A stretch of 64,000 nt of DNA from Synechococcus sp. (GCA_051439605.1 JBFRWN010000017.1:160001-224000), one strand, 5' to 3'; positions 31,001-41,143 are shown, counted from the stretch's first letter. Numbers and translations: made by a program. Notes: generated by a model from the letters alone, not told the origin.

Positions 31001-31132
31001 ACCATTCGTCAGTCAGACACCATCGTAATGATGGACAACGGAGTGGTAGCGGAACAAGGAACCCACGATGAATTAATGGCCCTGAGAGGGAGATACTACA
31101 CCCTCTATCAACAACAGGAGGCAATGGCATAA
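28097..31132 (+). CDS. Type I secretion ABC transporter (HlyB family; cNMP-like + C39-like + TMD + NBD)
   Basis: GQSGSGKST; LSGGQRQR; LILDEATSALD; TMD motif RPVGEL.SR..ELE.IR.FLTG. Confidence 0.92.
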   Translation: MTSTSSPSSSTEAWLSKQSPFDLLPPRAISQLVKQVKWVRYRMGQPMVARDRLPGQLYVLSEGQARSIGHDSSTNRAISLSSKEPGELLGWLSLVRDRPCEAVIASVEATAAVLPATAFLDLLESYPVLEEWVQKPQLLEVFDLLGLYLQDRADRSAIFERQQVNDLQGLAVKLFPKVTLQTVKKPEDANRLDEDTLWLLSNGPDAGSEVESVADAKRLLSNSGGSLRLVGLPVTALLSSSSVAHALSTAAKTTLAKASGSSSASSITLHSEIPYAEGALTALPESRRQRRDRQPQQKFPFVKGRGPIDAPMACFQMLSQFFNVPFRRDVVKRVLLNQQERMGSISLQACGAIAEMMGLNAQLYGAPSAAIGQIQTPSMVQWNDRLVVIFSASAQELTIAIPEEGIRRISIDDFVQAADDNIEVVSLQKTQYTPEQRFSLKWFWPSIVKYRKVLIEVLIASIFVQMFALANPLMVQIIIDKVISQGSVDTLNVLGGLLIGVALFEGVLTAIRTNLFADTTNRIDVALGSQVINHLLHLPMRYFGRRPVGELASRVNELENIRQFLTGTALTVVLDAIFSVVYIAVMMVYSPLLTVVALSTVPLFALLTLTVAPVLRQQVREKAERNAETQAYLVEAVSGIETVKAQNIELSTRWQWQQKYARYVSAGFKTVITSSTAGSLSSFLNKLSGLLLLWVGCYLVLQGELTLGQIIAFRIIAGYVTQPLLRLIQLWQNFQETALSLERLSDILDHPQEVEGDDRNNIPMPTIKGAVNYENVSFRFKDNGPLQLKSVNLSFSPGQFVGIVGQSGSGKSTLMKLLMRLYDPAEGRITVDRYDVRKVDLYSLRRQIGMVLQDSLLFDGTVQENIALTNPDASVEEIVNAAKIAFAHEFIMDLPNGYNTRVGERGSGLSGGQRQRIAIARVVLQNPNLLILDEATSALDYNSERQVCTNLATAFSHRTVFFITHRLSTIRQSDTIVMMDNGVVAEQGTHDELMALRGRYYTLYQQQEAMA

Positions 31133-31457
31133 ATGCCCGCTGACCAAGCAATTTCATCACTGTATCCCGGACATCAGAATACAACCAGTGTCTTACATAC
31201 CTCCTAATGAATTGCTTTTTTCATGAGCATGCCTAACCCAGTTAGCTAAATCTAATATTGAGACTGGATGATTCATTTTTTAGTTTTTTTCTATACCTTA
31301 ATTCGATCTTACGTTCGTAGTGGCTGAGAGAGTTGGAATAGCTCGCAACATTCCTGATGAATTGATCCCTTGGGTATCCCCGAATAAGCGTCAGGAATTC
31401 CTCCCGTAATCCCCCACCCCACCTTTACCCTCCAGTTCCTTTAAGAGGAAGTAAACG

Positions 31458-33242
31458 ATGATTCGCATCCTGATAATCGATGACCTGAAAACCGTCCGCC
31501 AGATGCTGCGGATGTTTGTGGAAGGTCAGCCGGACATGGAGGTAGTCGGAACGGCTGCAGATGGAGATTCGGGGCTAGAGCAGATTGCCGAATTACAGCC
31601 CGATGTGGCCCTTGTTGATCTAGAGATGCCCGGGAAAAATGGCCTGGAGGTTGTCCGTATAGCTGGGCAAAACTACCCCAACACCAATATCCTAGTGCTC
31701 ACCACCATGGATGGAGTTGAAGTTGTCTCCCAGGCATTGCAGGCAGGAGCAAAAGGATATTTATTAAAAACGGCTTCTGAGGAAGATTTGCTCAGCGCCA
31801 TTCGCTCCGTTCACAAAGGCTTCGTCCAGCTCAGTCCTGGAATGCTAGAGCGCTTAGTGGATGCAGGGAACTCAGGCGGTGAGGCTTCCATGAGTAGCGA
31901 CTTAGCGATCGCCGCCGCCGATGATGTAACAGCGTTAGCCGAGAAATCTCCCACACAACAAAACCTTTATCGTTTCGACCAGCCTGTAGTTCTCCGCCAG
32001 TCTCCGGTGTGGTCTCGCTGGATTTTACGAACCATTGTCTTCGCTTCAGCAGGTGCTATTCTGTGGGCCACCTTCGCCAAGATCGAATCAGCTGTTCCAG
32101 CCCAAGGTAAGCTAGAACCCAGTGGCACCGTTCAAGAGGTTCAGGTTCCCGTTCCCGGAGTAGTATCAGAAATTTATATCCAGGAAGGAGCAACGGTAGA
32201 GGCGGGAGAGATCCTCATGCGCCTGGATGCAAGAGTATCCACTGCAGAAGAAGGTGCCACTCAAGAAACCCAAAACCTGTTGCAGGAAGAACTCGACGTT
32301 TTCGAATCTCTGTTATCCAACAGCGGAGAAAAGCTCACTTGGAGCAGTGATGGACGGGACCTATATCGATCCAATTCAGACCGATATCGTTCAGATGCGG
32401 AATCCGCCCGCTTGGAAATTTCTCAGCTTCAGCAGCAGTTAGCTCAGGTCGAGGTACAGCTAAGAAATGAAAGAGCGAGCCTGGAACTCAACCAAAGTAT
32501 TTTGGGAGATATTGAACCCCTATTTGAAGAGGGAGGGCTATCCCGACTGCAATATCTCAGGCAGAAGCAGGAGGTGCAAACGAATCAAGCGGAGATTGAC
32601 AGATTTGTAGAGCAGCAGAGCGAACTGAGATTCGCGATCGCCCAAGCCAACGAGCAAGTCACCACCACAATCAGTGAATATCAACGCAACTGGACCTCAC
32701 GAATTCTAGAGCTGGAACAAAGACTAGCTGAAATCAACGCCGAGATGACCAGAATTTCCAGCCAACGCGAGTACGAAATTGTCAAAGCTCCGATTTCCGG
32801 CAAGATTTTCGACCTCCAAACCCCTCGTCCGGGGGCGGTGGTGAATGCCAGCGAACCGATCCTCAAAATCGTTCCTGGGGAGCAATTGGTCGCGCGGGTT
32901 TTTATCACCAACCAAGATATCGGTTTTCTTCGAGAGGGAATGCCGGTAGATGTGAGGATCGACTCCTACTCATACAGCGAATATGGAGACATCAAAGGGG
33001 AACTGGTACATATCGGCTCCGATTCACTTCCTCCAGATCCTGAAACAAACCGAAATTTTGATGCCTTTCCAGCCGAAATATTGTTGGAAGAGCAGGTGTT
33101 GCGGGTGGAGGATAAAGAATTCTCTCTCCAATCTGGCATGTCGGTGAGTGCCAACATTCGCACCCGCAAACGGACCGTCATCAGCATCTTTACCGAGCTA
33201 TTCCAGCGGGGTGTAGTTGACCCGTTTGTTCAATCGAAATAA
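31458..33242 (+). CDS. HlyD-family membrane fusion protein with N-terminal receiver domain
   Basis: aa 1-125 NarL-type receiver (IIDD, VDLEMP, VLTT, YLLK). Then FDQPVVLRQS..WSR, a TM, A.GKLEP.G.V.EVQ.P..G, coiled coil and DIGF...GM.VDVRIDS....EYGDIKG. Confidence 0.9.
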   Translation: MIRILIIDDLKTVRQMLRMFVEGQPDMEVVGTAADGDSGLEQIAELQPDVALVDLEMPGKNGLEVVRIAGQNYPNTNILVLTTMDGVEVVSQALQAGAKGYLLKTASEEDLLSAIRSVHKGFVQLSPGMLERLVDAGNSGGEASMSSDLAIAAADDVTALAEKSPTQQNLYRFDQPVVLRQSPVWSRWILRTIVFASAGAILWATFAKIESAVPAQGKLEPSGTVQEVQVPVPGVVSEIYIQEGATVEAGEILMRLDARVSTAEEGATQETQNLLQEELDVFESLLSNSGEKLTWSSDGRDLYRSNSDRYRSDAESARLEISQLQQQLAQVEVQLRNERASLELNQSILGDIEPLFEEGGLSRLQYLRQKQEVQTNQAEIDRFVEQQSELRFAIAQANEQVTTTISEYQRNWTSRILELEQRLAEINAEMTRISSQREYEIVKAPISGKIFDLQTPRPGAVVNASEPILKIVPGEQLVARVFITNQDIGFLREGMPVDVRIDSYSYSEYGDIKGELVHIGSDSLPPDPETNRNFDAFPAEILLEEQVLRVEDKEFSLQSGMSVSANIRTRKRTVISIFTELFQRGVVDPFVQSK

Positions 33243-33365
33243 ATTAACTTCTCTCTAGCCTAAAATCGCTCTCAAAGCCATCCTGCAGACGTCCGGAGCC
33301 CGTTAAGATGAGCGAAGAGGATCTACCCAGTTCCTCACTCCTGCACCCTTTACTCAGAGTTAAAT

Positions 33366-34985
33366 ATGGATCGGCTTGAGGATTCAAGACTGGCTTCAAC
33401 TTCCTCTCCAACCGACCAACATTCATCATCTGTCGGTTTCTCTACTCCTCTCCCCTCAACAGTGAAATCGGAGTCAAAGGCTACCCCCCCCGAGCCAAGC
33501 CAAACTGTAGTGCCAGATTTGGCGTATCCTTCCCTCTCTGATGACGCAAAAAATATAGACGAATTTGCGAGTTCGGAGGAACAAACAGTCTCGGAAGAGA
33601 CTGAAACAGGCAGCTACGCAGATGTCCTACAGAACAAAAATTTTCTGGCCCTCTGGAGCGGTCAGGTTTTTTCGCAGCTGTCCGACAAAGTTTTTCTCGT
33701 CTTGCTAGTTGCGTTGATCTCGTCCCACTTTACGCTGCAGGATGAATCCATCAGTAATTGGGTTGCTGCCGTGATGGTGGCTTTTACGATCCCAGCCGTA
33801 CTGTTTGGTTCTGTGGCAGGGGTATACGTCGATCGCTGGTCTAAAAAACGGGTCATGGTGGGCACCAATCTAATCCGGGGCGGCTTGGTACTGGCAGTAC
33901 CCATTTTGCTATGGGGGATCGATACTCAGTTGACCTTGTGGGGATGGCCGATTGCCTTCCTGGCACTCCTGATGGTGACATTCTCAGTCTCAACCCTGAC
34001 GCAATTTTTCGCCCCAGCAGAGCAAACTGCACTACCGCTGATTGTCAAGAAACGCAATCTGCTGCCAGCCAATTCCCTCTATACAGCCACCATGATGGCA
34101 TCGGTGATCGTTGGATTTGCGATCGGGGAACCGCTGCTGGCAATGGCCAATCAGATATCGGTACAGCTGAATTGTGGCCCGGAGTTAGGATCGGAAGTAG
34201 CCGTTGGAGGCGGATACACCATTGCTGGCACGTTGCTCTTGCTGATGGTTACCGGGGAACGACGGAGATCGCCCCATCGTACCTCAGCGGATAGCCCCAA
34301 CGGCGAGATTGCAGGCACCTCCTCTGACGAGCAACATAGCATCGGCAAATTAGCAGCCCCAAAAAACAATCACGTCTGGTTCGATATTCAGGAAGGACTA
34401 CGCTACCTAGGTCGCAGTCAGCGGGTGAGATCGGCCATTGGCCAAATGGTGGTTCTATTTTCGATTTTTGCTGCCTTAGCAGTGTTGGCAGTTCGGCTTG
34501 CAGAACTGATCCCAGCCATAACAGCGGCGCAGTTTGGGGTGCTGTTGGCCGCAGCAGGGATAGGCATGGCATTGGGGGCTCTGGTCGTAGGTCAATGGGG
34601 CACTCAACTTCCCAGAAAGCTGTGGGCAGCGCTGGGGTCTTTGGGAGTGGCGGCAGCTCTAGTGACCTTAGCCGTCCTCCAGCAGCAGCTCTGGACTTGC
34701 CTGATCGATATTGCCTGCATAGGTTTTTCTGGAGCATTAGTGGGGGTACCCATGCAAACCTTAATTCAAGAGGAAACCCCTATAGAAATGCGAGGCAAAG
34801 TGTTTGGCTTACAGAACAATTTAGTCAACATCGCCCTTTCCTTGCCCCTAGCACTTGCTAGCTTGGCAGAAGCTCGCTTCGGCTTATCCACTGTCTTGTT
34901 AGCCCTAGCTGCAGTTGCTGCCCTCTCGAGCCTGCTCGGATGGCGAATGATGCCTCCCCCAGTGTCCCAGGCAAAGGCGAATTAG
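33366..34985 (+). CDS. MFS transporter
   Basis: FLALWSGQVFSQL.DK; PAVLFGS.AGVYVDRW.KK; QFFAPAEQ; MRGKVFGLQNN; multiple TMs. Confidence 0.9.
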   Translation: MDRLEDSRLASTSSPTDQHSSSVGFSTPLPSTVKSESKATPPEPSQTVVPDLAYPSLSDDAKNIDEFASSEEQTVSEETETGSYADVLQNKNFLALWSGQVFSQLSDKVFLVLLVALISSHFTLQDESISNWVAAVMVAFTIPAVLFGSVAGVYVDRWSKKRVMVGTNLIRGGLVLAVPILLWGIDTQLTLWGWPIAFLALLMVTFSVSTLTQFFAPAEQTALPLIVKKRNLLPANSLYTATMMASVIVGFAIGEPLLAMANQISVQLNCGPELGSEVAVGGGYTIAGTLLLLMVTGERRRSPHRTSADSPNGEIAGTSSDEQHSIGKLAAPKNNHVWFDIQEGLRYLGRSQRVRSAIGQMVVLFSIFAALAVLAVRLAELIPAITAAQFGVLLAAAGIGMALGALVVGQWGTQLPRKLWAALGSLGVAAALVTLAVLQQQLWTCLIDIACIGFSGALVGVPMQTLIQEETPIEMRGKVFGLQNNLVNIALSLPLALASLAEARFGLSTVLLALAAVAALSSLLGWRMMPPPVSQAKAN

Positions 34986-35091
34986 ACTTCCCAGAAGGGA
35001 GTTGAAAGGCAAACCAGCCATCCTGCATTTGCTCTCAGCTATTTCCATCGCTTATTTTGAAGATTGTTAAACAAACTTTTCGGCTGTCTGC

Positions 35092-36294
35092 ATGCATATC
35101 GCTTGGCTGGGCAAAAAGTCTCCGTTCTGCGGCAATGTCACCTATGGTCTGGAGGTAACCAATGCACTCGTTCAGCGAGGTCATAAAGTTAGCTTCATTC
35201 ACTTCGCCACAGAAGCCGACTCCCAACGATCGCTAGACCACAGCTGGGAAGAAGAAGTGTCCCTTCCCTTTTTGTACAAATCACAGATCCTCACCATCCA
35301 CACTCCAAAATCAAGCAAAGTTCTAGCTAAAGCCCTCAAGGAACTACAGCCAGACCTAATCCACGCCTCCCTCACCCTCTCCCCCCTCGACTTAACTTTG
35401 CCCGACCTCTATCAAGAGTTAGGCATCCCCGCAGTATCAACCTTTCACCCCGCCTTCGATCGCCGCCGTCGCAACATCGCCTCCCGCACCCAGCATTTTC
35501 TTTACAAACTTTTTGCCCCCTCTCTCGCCAATTACAATCGCACGGTTATCTTTTCCGAAATTCAGAAGAACATTCTGGTGGAAATGGGGGTGCCAGCAAA
35601 ACGCATTGCCATCATCCCCAACGCTGTTGATACCGACAAATATTCTCCCGGTCCTTCAGACATCAAACAGGAATTGAGGGCCGAACGTCTGTTCGTTTAC
35701 CAGGGACGGATTTCCCCAGAAAAAAATGTAGAAGCACTGTTGAAAGCTTGGAAACAAGCCCAAATGGGACCAGCTAGCAAACTGCTGATCGTGGGGGATG
35801 GGCCGATGGCGGCCACACTCAAAAATTTTTATCATGCCGAGCATGGAATCGAATGGTTGGGCTATATCTCCGATGAAGCAAGGCGGATCGAAATTTTACG
35901 GGGAGCGGATGTGTTTGTATTACCCTCTCTGATTGAAGGACTATCTCTATCGATGCTCGAGGCGATGGCCTGCGGTGTGGCAATGGTGGCGACAGACGTA
36001 GGGGCAGATGGAGAGGCGATTGGTGACGGTGCTGGTATTGTGCTATCTCCATTCAAAACAGCCAGTGAGTTGGCCACATTGCTACCACTGTTGCGGGACC
36101 AGCGGGAATTTACTCAGTTGTTGGGTGTCAAAGCCCGTCAGCGAGTTTTGGAGCGATACACCCTCAGTCGCAATATTTCTAGGCTAGAGAACCTATATCG
36201 CGAAGTTACCGGCCTAGTTGCATCCCAACAGACTGCGCAGGCTGCTATCCAACAGTCAGTTGGGCAACCTGTCTCTGCTAAGCGTCGGCTGTAG
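35092..36294 (+). CDS. Glycosyltransferase family 4
   Basis: Cyanobacterial N-terminus MHIAWLGKKSPFCGNVTY; GR...EKN; FVLPS.IEGLSLS.LEAMACG. Confidence 0.9.
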   Translation: MHIAWLGKKSPFCGNVTYGLEVTNALVQRGHKVSFIHFATEADSQRSLDHSWEEEVSLPFLYKSQILTIHTPKSSKVLAKALKELQPDLIHASLTLSPLDLTLPDLYQELGIPAVSTFHPAFDRRRRNIASRTQHFLYKLFAPSLANYNRTVIFSEIQKNILVEMGVPAKRIAIIPNAVDTDKYSPGPSDIKQELRAERLFVYQGRISPEKNVEALLKAWKQAQMGPASKLLIVGDGPMAATLKNFYHAEHGIEWLGYISDEARRIEILRGADVFVLPSLIEGLSLSMLEAMACGVAMVATDVGADGEAIGDGAGIVLSPFKTASELATLLPLLRDQREFTQLLGVKARQRVLERYTLSRNISRLENLYREVTGLVASQQTAQAAIQQSVGQPVSAKRRL

Positions 36295-36325
36295 CCATTT
36301 CCTGCTTTGCTTCCCATTCAAGTTC

Positions 36326-36841
36326 TTATCCCTTATTAGCTGTGGCGCTGGAAGAAGATTCCCGTACTCTCAGATCTTTGCTAATACTGCGAATGCGATC
36401 GATCATCAGAACTCCGTCAAGGTGATCCAATTCGTGCTGCACCACCACCGCTTCAAATCCTTCCACCTCCCATTCAAAGGGGTCACCATAACGATCGCAT
36501 CCCCCCACGAGCAATCGCTTTGCCCGTTTCACCGTGGCAAGATATTGAGGAAAACTCAAGCATCCCTCCCTTGACAGCTTCCATCGGGAGCTGCGCAGGA
36601 TGACGGGATTAACCAAGATTTTGAGGTCAGACTCGGGCTGCATGGGATATAAATCCATCGCGAAAATCCGCAACGCTATCCCCACTTGAGTAGCAGCCAG
36701 TCCAACGGCCCCCTGATTGAAGCATAGGGTTTCGACAATATTGTCAATGTGCTGTTGTAGCTCTGGACCAAAGTCCGTCACCGGTTCCGCTGGCTGTCTC
36801 AGAATGGGGTCGGGATATTCATAAATCTCTAAAGTTGCCAT
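36326..36841 (-). CDS. def: Peptide deformylase
   Basis: All three motifs present: G.GLAATQVG, EGCLS, QHELDHLDG. Confidence 0.92.
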   Translation of the reverse strand: MATLEIYEYPDPILRQPAEPVTDFGPELQQHIDNIVETLCFNQGAVGLAATQVGIALRIFAMDLYPMQPESDLKILVNPVILRSSRWKLSREGCLSFPQYLATVKRAKRLLVGGCDRYGDPFEWEVEGFEAVVVQHELDHLDGVLMIDRIRSISKDLRVRESSSSATANKG

Positions 36842-36868
36842 GTCTACTGCTGCCAGGCGGCATCCCCC

Positions 36869-37420
36869 CTAGAGTGTCATTGCCTCAACCAGCTCAGTCT
36901 GAATATCTAAGCCCAATTGCTCCTGCAAAGCACGGAGCTCTTGGCGAAATTGCTCCTCGGTCAACTTGGCAGGCAACACCACTTCTAGCAGCAAAAGATA
37001 GATGGCCTGCGTAGTTCCCTGCAACCGACGGGAGGAGACATCCACAATATTGATATTGCGTTCAGCCAAATAGCTGGCCACGCTGCAAACAATACCAGGC
37101 CGATCTGCCCCTGCTACTCGAATTAAATAGCGTTCGGATTCGACGTCAGAGTAGTCCTCTTGCCCTTCTACTTCCGACACACGCAGGTGCAAGTCGAGAG
37201 CCCCCAACTCCACCTGCCGACTGGCGATCGCAGTTTCGATCGTCGCCACCGAAAGAGGGATATCGCCGTCGCTGAGCAACATCAACATAGCGAACTGCCC
37301 TCCCAAGCGAGTCATGGAAGTATCTTCGAGATTAGCCCCAAGATCGAGGAGCAACCGACTGACGGCCGCCACCATTCCGGGGCGATCGCGTCCAAAACCA
37401 GTCAGTAAAAAGCGATGCAT
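36869..37420 (-). CDS. Tandem ACT-domain protein (GcvR-like)
   Basis: G.DRPG.VA.VS..L...G.N..D.SM..LGG.FA, plus a second GADRPGIV..VA..LA...INI.D. Confidence 0.85.
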   Translation of the reverse strand: MHRFLLTGFGRDRPGMVAAVSRLLLDLGANLEDTSMTRLGGQFAMLMLLSDGDIPLSVATIETAIASRQVELGALDLHLRVSEVEGQEDYSDVESERYLIRVAGADRPGIVCSVASYLAERNINIVDVSSRRLQGTTQAIYLLLLEVVLPAKLTEEQFRQELRALQEQLGLDIQTELVEAMTL

Positions 37421-37491
37421 GGCCTAATACGTCTGGAGAACGACTGAAGTTCAGGAGTCTATCAGCAGAAAAGATGAGCGAGCAACCCTGC

Positions 37492-37716
37492 TTAATCACC
37501 AATAATTTCTGGCTCAACCAATTCATCCGACATTTCCAACACTGCTCGCTTGACGGGCTTGAGCAGGCTATCGTCCACTTCGTCTGAGTCATCGTAGCGA
37601 CGGCGCTTTGCACGGTTGGCCACCTGAACGGTGATGCGATAGCGGTTGTTGGAATAGGTAATGAGTTCTTCTACGCGACGGGCCAAATCAGCGTCGTCAA
37701 TGGACAGATGGGTCAT
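37492..37716 (-). CDS. rpoZ: RNA polymerase omega subunit
   Basis: SNNRYRITVQVANRAKRRRY...KPV.RA..EMSDEL..PEII; ATG at 37716. Confidence 0.93.
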   Translation of the reverse strand: MTHLSIDDADLARRVEELITYSNNRYRITVQVANRAKRRRYDDSDEVDDSLLKPVKRAVLEMSDELVEPEIIGD

Positions 37717-37907
37717 AGGTGCGGCTAATTCGAAACAGAAGGACAGAGATTCGCAGGCAATCATTGTACCAAGTTGGTTGCGACCTTGCTCACAGTCCTG
37801 GCACTCCCAGTCACAACCCACCGCTCAGTTGACTGCCAGCAGCTCCCATGGCTGAGGAAGTCAACGGTTCACGCTGGCGGCGTCAGAGGCTGACTACAAT
37901 CGACAAC

Positions 37908-39308
37908 CTAACGCCCGGTCCAGCTAAACCCGTCAGGTAATTCATCCAAGATTTCACCAAACAAGTCATAGGGTTCAGCCGCCGTTATCCGCACGGGCAC
38001 CAGACCGTTCAAACGACCGTTTCCGCGTACGTAAACAACACCATCCACCTCGGGGGCAAATCTCGGCGATCGCCCAATGAACATCCCCGTACTGGTATTT
38101 TCCTGCTCGAGCAAAACGGGAACAACTTGACCCACCAATTCTCGATTGCGCTTAAATGCAATCCCCTGTTGCAGCGTCATGAGCCGATCGCGGCGATCGT
38201 CCATCACTGCTTGTTCCACTTGATTGGGAAGATCGTAGGCTGGGGTGCCCTCTTCTGGGGAGAAGGTAAATACCCCCACGTGGTCGAACTCGTGCCGCTG
38301 GACAAACTCCATCAGGTGCTGGAAATGCTCTTCGGTCTCACCGGGAAACCCCACGATAAAGGTTGTACGAATTGTGGCGTTAGGTAACAGTTCGCGCATT
38401 TTGCCGATAATGCGATCGTTCACCTGTCCCTGCCAAGGGCGATTCATGGCTCGCAATACCTCGGGGTGGCTGTGCTGCAGCGGTAGATCTAAATACGGTA
38501 AAAAGTTAGGGCTTTCTGCAATCGCTCTCAAAACTGCTGGTGTTAACCCAGTTGGATAGGCGTAATGCATGCGAATCCAAGGGATATCGACTTCCCCCAG
38601 GGCACGGATCAGTTTGTCCAGCTTAGGCTTGCCGTACAAATCCAAGCCGTAGTTCGTGGTGATTTGGGAAATCAAGACCAGTTCCCTTACCCCTTCTTCC
38701 GCTAGCTGATTTGCCTCAGCGACAATCGATTCGAATGAACGCGATCGTTGATTGCCTCGCAGGTGGGGAATGATGCAGAAGGCACAGCGATAATCGCAGC
38801 CCTCAGCTACCCGCAAGTAAGCCACAGAGGAGTTTGTCGTACGATAGCGAGGCAGAGTTTCGTCGGCAATATAATTGAGGTCGGAGGTGACGGCATTCAC
38901 CCGCTCCCCCTGTTCCACCCGAGAAATTACCTCGACAATATTTTGGTAATCTCCCGTCCCCACTAACGCCACGGCCTCGGGCAGCTCGTCCAATAATTCC
39001 TGCTGAAAATGCTGGGCCATGCAGCCCGCAATCACCACTTTTTTCCCTTGCTCTGCTAAATTGACCAGCGTTCTTACCGACTCTGCTCGTGCTTCAGCAA
39101 TGAAGCTACAGGTGTTTACGATGGCGTAGTCTGCTTCTTCTTCGTTGACGCTGACGTCATAGCCCGCCTGTGCCAGCAACCCCAACATATGTTCGGTATC
39201 CACCCGATTCTTTTCACAACCCAGGTGAGCCACCGCAACTGTTGGCTTACAAGAGTTAACCGCATCAGTGGATGGCGTGGATGTAATGGAAATGGGGGTG
39301 GGAGCCAT
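37908..39308 (-). CDS. rimO: Ribosomal protein S12 methylthiotransferase
   Basis: [22 protein letters not shown]; radical SAM motif [18 protein letters not shown] domain GRS...APEVDG. Confidence 0.95.
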   Translation of the reverse strand: MAPTPISITSTPSTDAVNSCKPTVAVAHLGCEKNRVDTEHMLGLLAQAGYDVSVNEEEADYAIVNTCSFIAEARAESVRTLVNLAEQGKKVVIAGCMAQHFQQELLDELPEAVALVGTGDYQNIVEVISRVEQGERVNAVTSDLNYIADETLPRYRTTNSSVAYLRVAEGCDYRCAFCIIPHLRGNQRSRSFESIVAEANQLAEEGVRELVLISQITTNYGLDLYGKPKLDKLIRALGEVDIPWIRMHYAYPTGLTPAVLRAIAESPNFLPYLDLPLQHSHPEVLRAMNRPWQGQVNDRIIGKMRELLPNATIRTTFIVGFPGETEEHFQHLMEFVQRHEFDHVGVFTFSPEEGTPAYDLPNQVEQAVMDDRRDRLMTLQQGIAFKRNRELVGQVVPVLLEQENTSTGMFIGRSPRFAPEVDGVVYVRGNGRLNGLVPVRITAAEPYDLFGEILDELPDGFSWTGR

Positions 39309-39457
39309 AGCACATCAGTAGAACAGAGCCTACAGATCCTAACCTGTCGATCTTGCTTCAACAATCTTAAAGCCACCGACAAAGCCAAGTAACTTGTGAG
39401 AGGAAAGACGATCGCCAGATAGAAGACAGCAAGCGATCGCCCCCTGAAGACCCTCTA

Positions 39458-39853
39458 TCAGAGGCCACCGAACACGTCGTAGTCTGTAGTCACGTTCACT
39501 AAAACACCAGTTGCAGCACCACCAATGGCATTTTGAGCGAGAGAGCCATTATTGAGGACAGCTCCCGTTACCGCGCTGGCGGCTGCTCCCACAGCGGCAT
39601 CCTGTAAGTACCCCCCCAAACCTGTTTTGTTCTCATCGTGGGTAACGCTGACAGCAGCTCCAGCAGCAGCCCCGCCCAAAGCATTCTCCAGCAGGTTGCC
39701 ATTATCGAAAATTTCCCCATAAACCGCGTTACCACCAGCTCCTATCAACGTATCTTGGATAAATTGGGCAGAGGCGGGGCGAGCTGGCAGGAAGGAAGCA
39801 GCAAGCGCTCCTGCGGCCAATAACGATGAGGTCACCACTCGTGCGATAAACAT
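39458..39853 (-). CDS. Secreted Gly/Ala-rich protein with two internal glycine-zipper-like repeats
   Basis: Signal peptide ending PASA, followed by two ~42-aa repeats. Confidence 0.7.
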   Translation of the reverse strand: MFIARVVTSSLLAAGALAASFLPARPASAQFIQDTLIGAGGNAVYGEIFDNGNLLENALGGAAAGAAVSVTHDENKTGLGGYLQDAAVGAAASAVTGAVLNNGSLAQNAIGGAATGVLVNVTTDYDVFGGL

Positions 39854-40108
39854 AACCAAATACCTGTTCAACACCTATGCCATAACCCTACTTCCCCGCC
39901 GAATCGGTAGTGAGTTGATGAGGCGCAGGACTGTATACCGATAGAGGAGAGAGTGGTTACGCGATCGCGTAAGTTGAACCTTGAGATGGATGGAAACCTA
40001 AAATTAATTGCGCCTGGGAGGGTGGCATACAACTGTAAGTGTGAAGTTGGGTTGAATTGAGTCAAGGCTATAACTTCAGCGTGTGTTCGACGGGGAGAAA
40101 TACGGCTA

Positions 40109-41143
40109 ATGAAGTTGGGAAAACAGAGTTGGCGATGGATTTCTCATTTAGGCAAGCATCTGCTTTTGGGTTGCTTGGTTTTGCTACTGTGCACCGGTTG
40201 CGTTCAGTACCAGATGGAATTGACGTTTAACTGGTTGAGTGGAGGAACAATCGTTCAAAACTTAAAGTGGGATACTAGTGTCAGCGATTTTGTGGGACAG
40301 TTCAGCGACATTGCGGCAGATGAGTTGTTCGCAGAGGTCAAGCAGCGGGCTACTGCAGCTGGAGGAACCGCCCACTCTCTATCGAACAGCGAAATCAGGG
40401 TAGAAATTCCGTTTGATGATTACACCCAGCTAGAAGGCAAGTTCAATACATTCTTCGATCGACCGCTTCTACTCATTTCGGGATTGAAGACCGTGGCATC
40501 AGCCAATCCAACAGTTGCACCACACTTGTTCTATCCAAAGGTGACCGGGTTTGCTGCAGCTGACAAGCTTCAACTTCAGCAATCCAAACCCCATCAACCT
40601 ATGACAGCTGCAGTGGGATATAAAAACAGCTCAACAACCTTAGGAGAGGCGCTAGATACAGAGAGCCAAGATTCTGCCTCTCACCAGCTAAGCGATCGCT
40701 TCTCACCCCCATCCGTAGCAGAACCATCCCCTGCCTCTCCAAAGATTGCTCCCGCCCATCTCTTCCACTTGGCCCAAATTGGTGGGCAACCGGATTTCCA
40801 GGTGAGCAAACATAGTTTTTTTGTCGCCGATCGATACGATCTTTCCTACACGTTAGATTTAAGTGATGTGAAAATACCAATTTCAGGAGGGTTTTTGACC
40901 TTATCTGCCGACCGCCTACTCGATTTGAGGATAGCACTGCAAACCCCGATTGCCGCGAGCCACTCGAATGCCACAGTACGGGAAGGGAACCGTTTGGAAT
41001 GGCACCTCAATACTGGCAACCTCAACCATTTGACCGCATCGTTTTGGACGCCAAGTCCCGTCGGGATTGTCCTGCTGGTGGGCATAGCTGTAGCCGCATT
41101 TGGCTATGCTTGGCGACTCGACCGACCAGAGCGGAAAGGTTAA
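40109..41143 (+). CDS. DUF3153-like lipoprotein/membrane protein
   Basis: LL.TGCV.Y...L.F....GG.IVQ lipobox region; L.W.L..G..N.L.A.FW.PSP.GI; C-terminal TM. Confidence 0.7.
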   Translation: MKLGKQSWRWISHLGKHLLLGCLVLLLCTGCVQYQMELTFNWLSGGTIVQNLKWDTSVSDFVGQFSDIAADELFAEVKQRATAAGGTAHSLSNSEIRVEIPFDDYTQLEGKFNTFFDRPLLLISGLKTVASANPTVAPHLFYPKVTGFAAADKLQLQQSKPHQPMTAAVGYKNSSTTLGEALDTESQDSASHQLSDRFSPPSVAEPSPASPKIAPAHLFHLAQIGGQPDFQVSKHSFFVADRYDLSYTLDLSDVKIPISGGFLTLSADRLLDLRIALQTPIAASHSNATVREGNRLEWHLNTGNLNHLTASFWTPSPVGIVLLVGIAVAAFGYAWRLDRPERKG

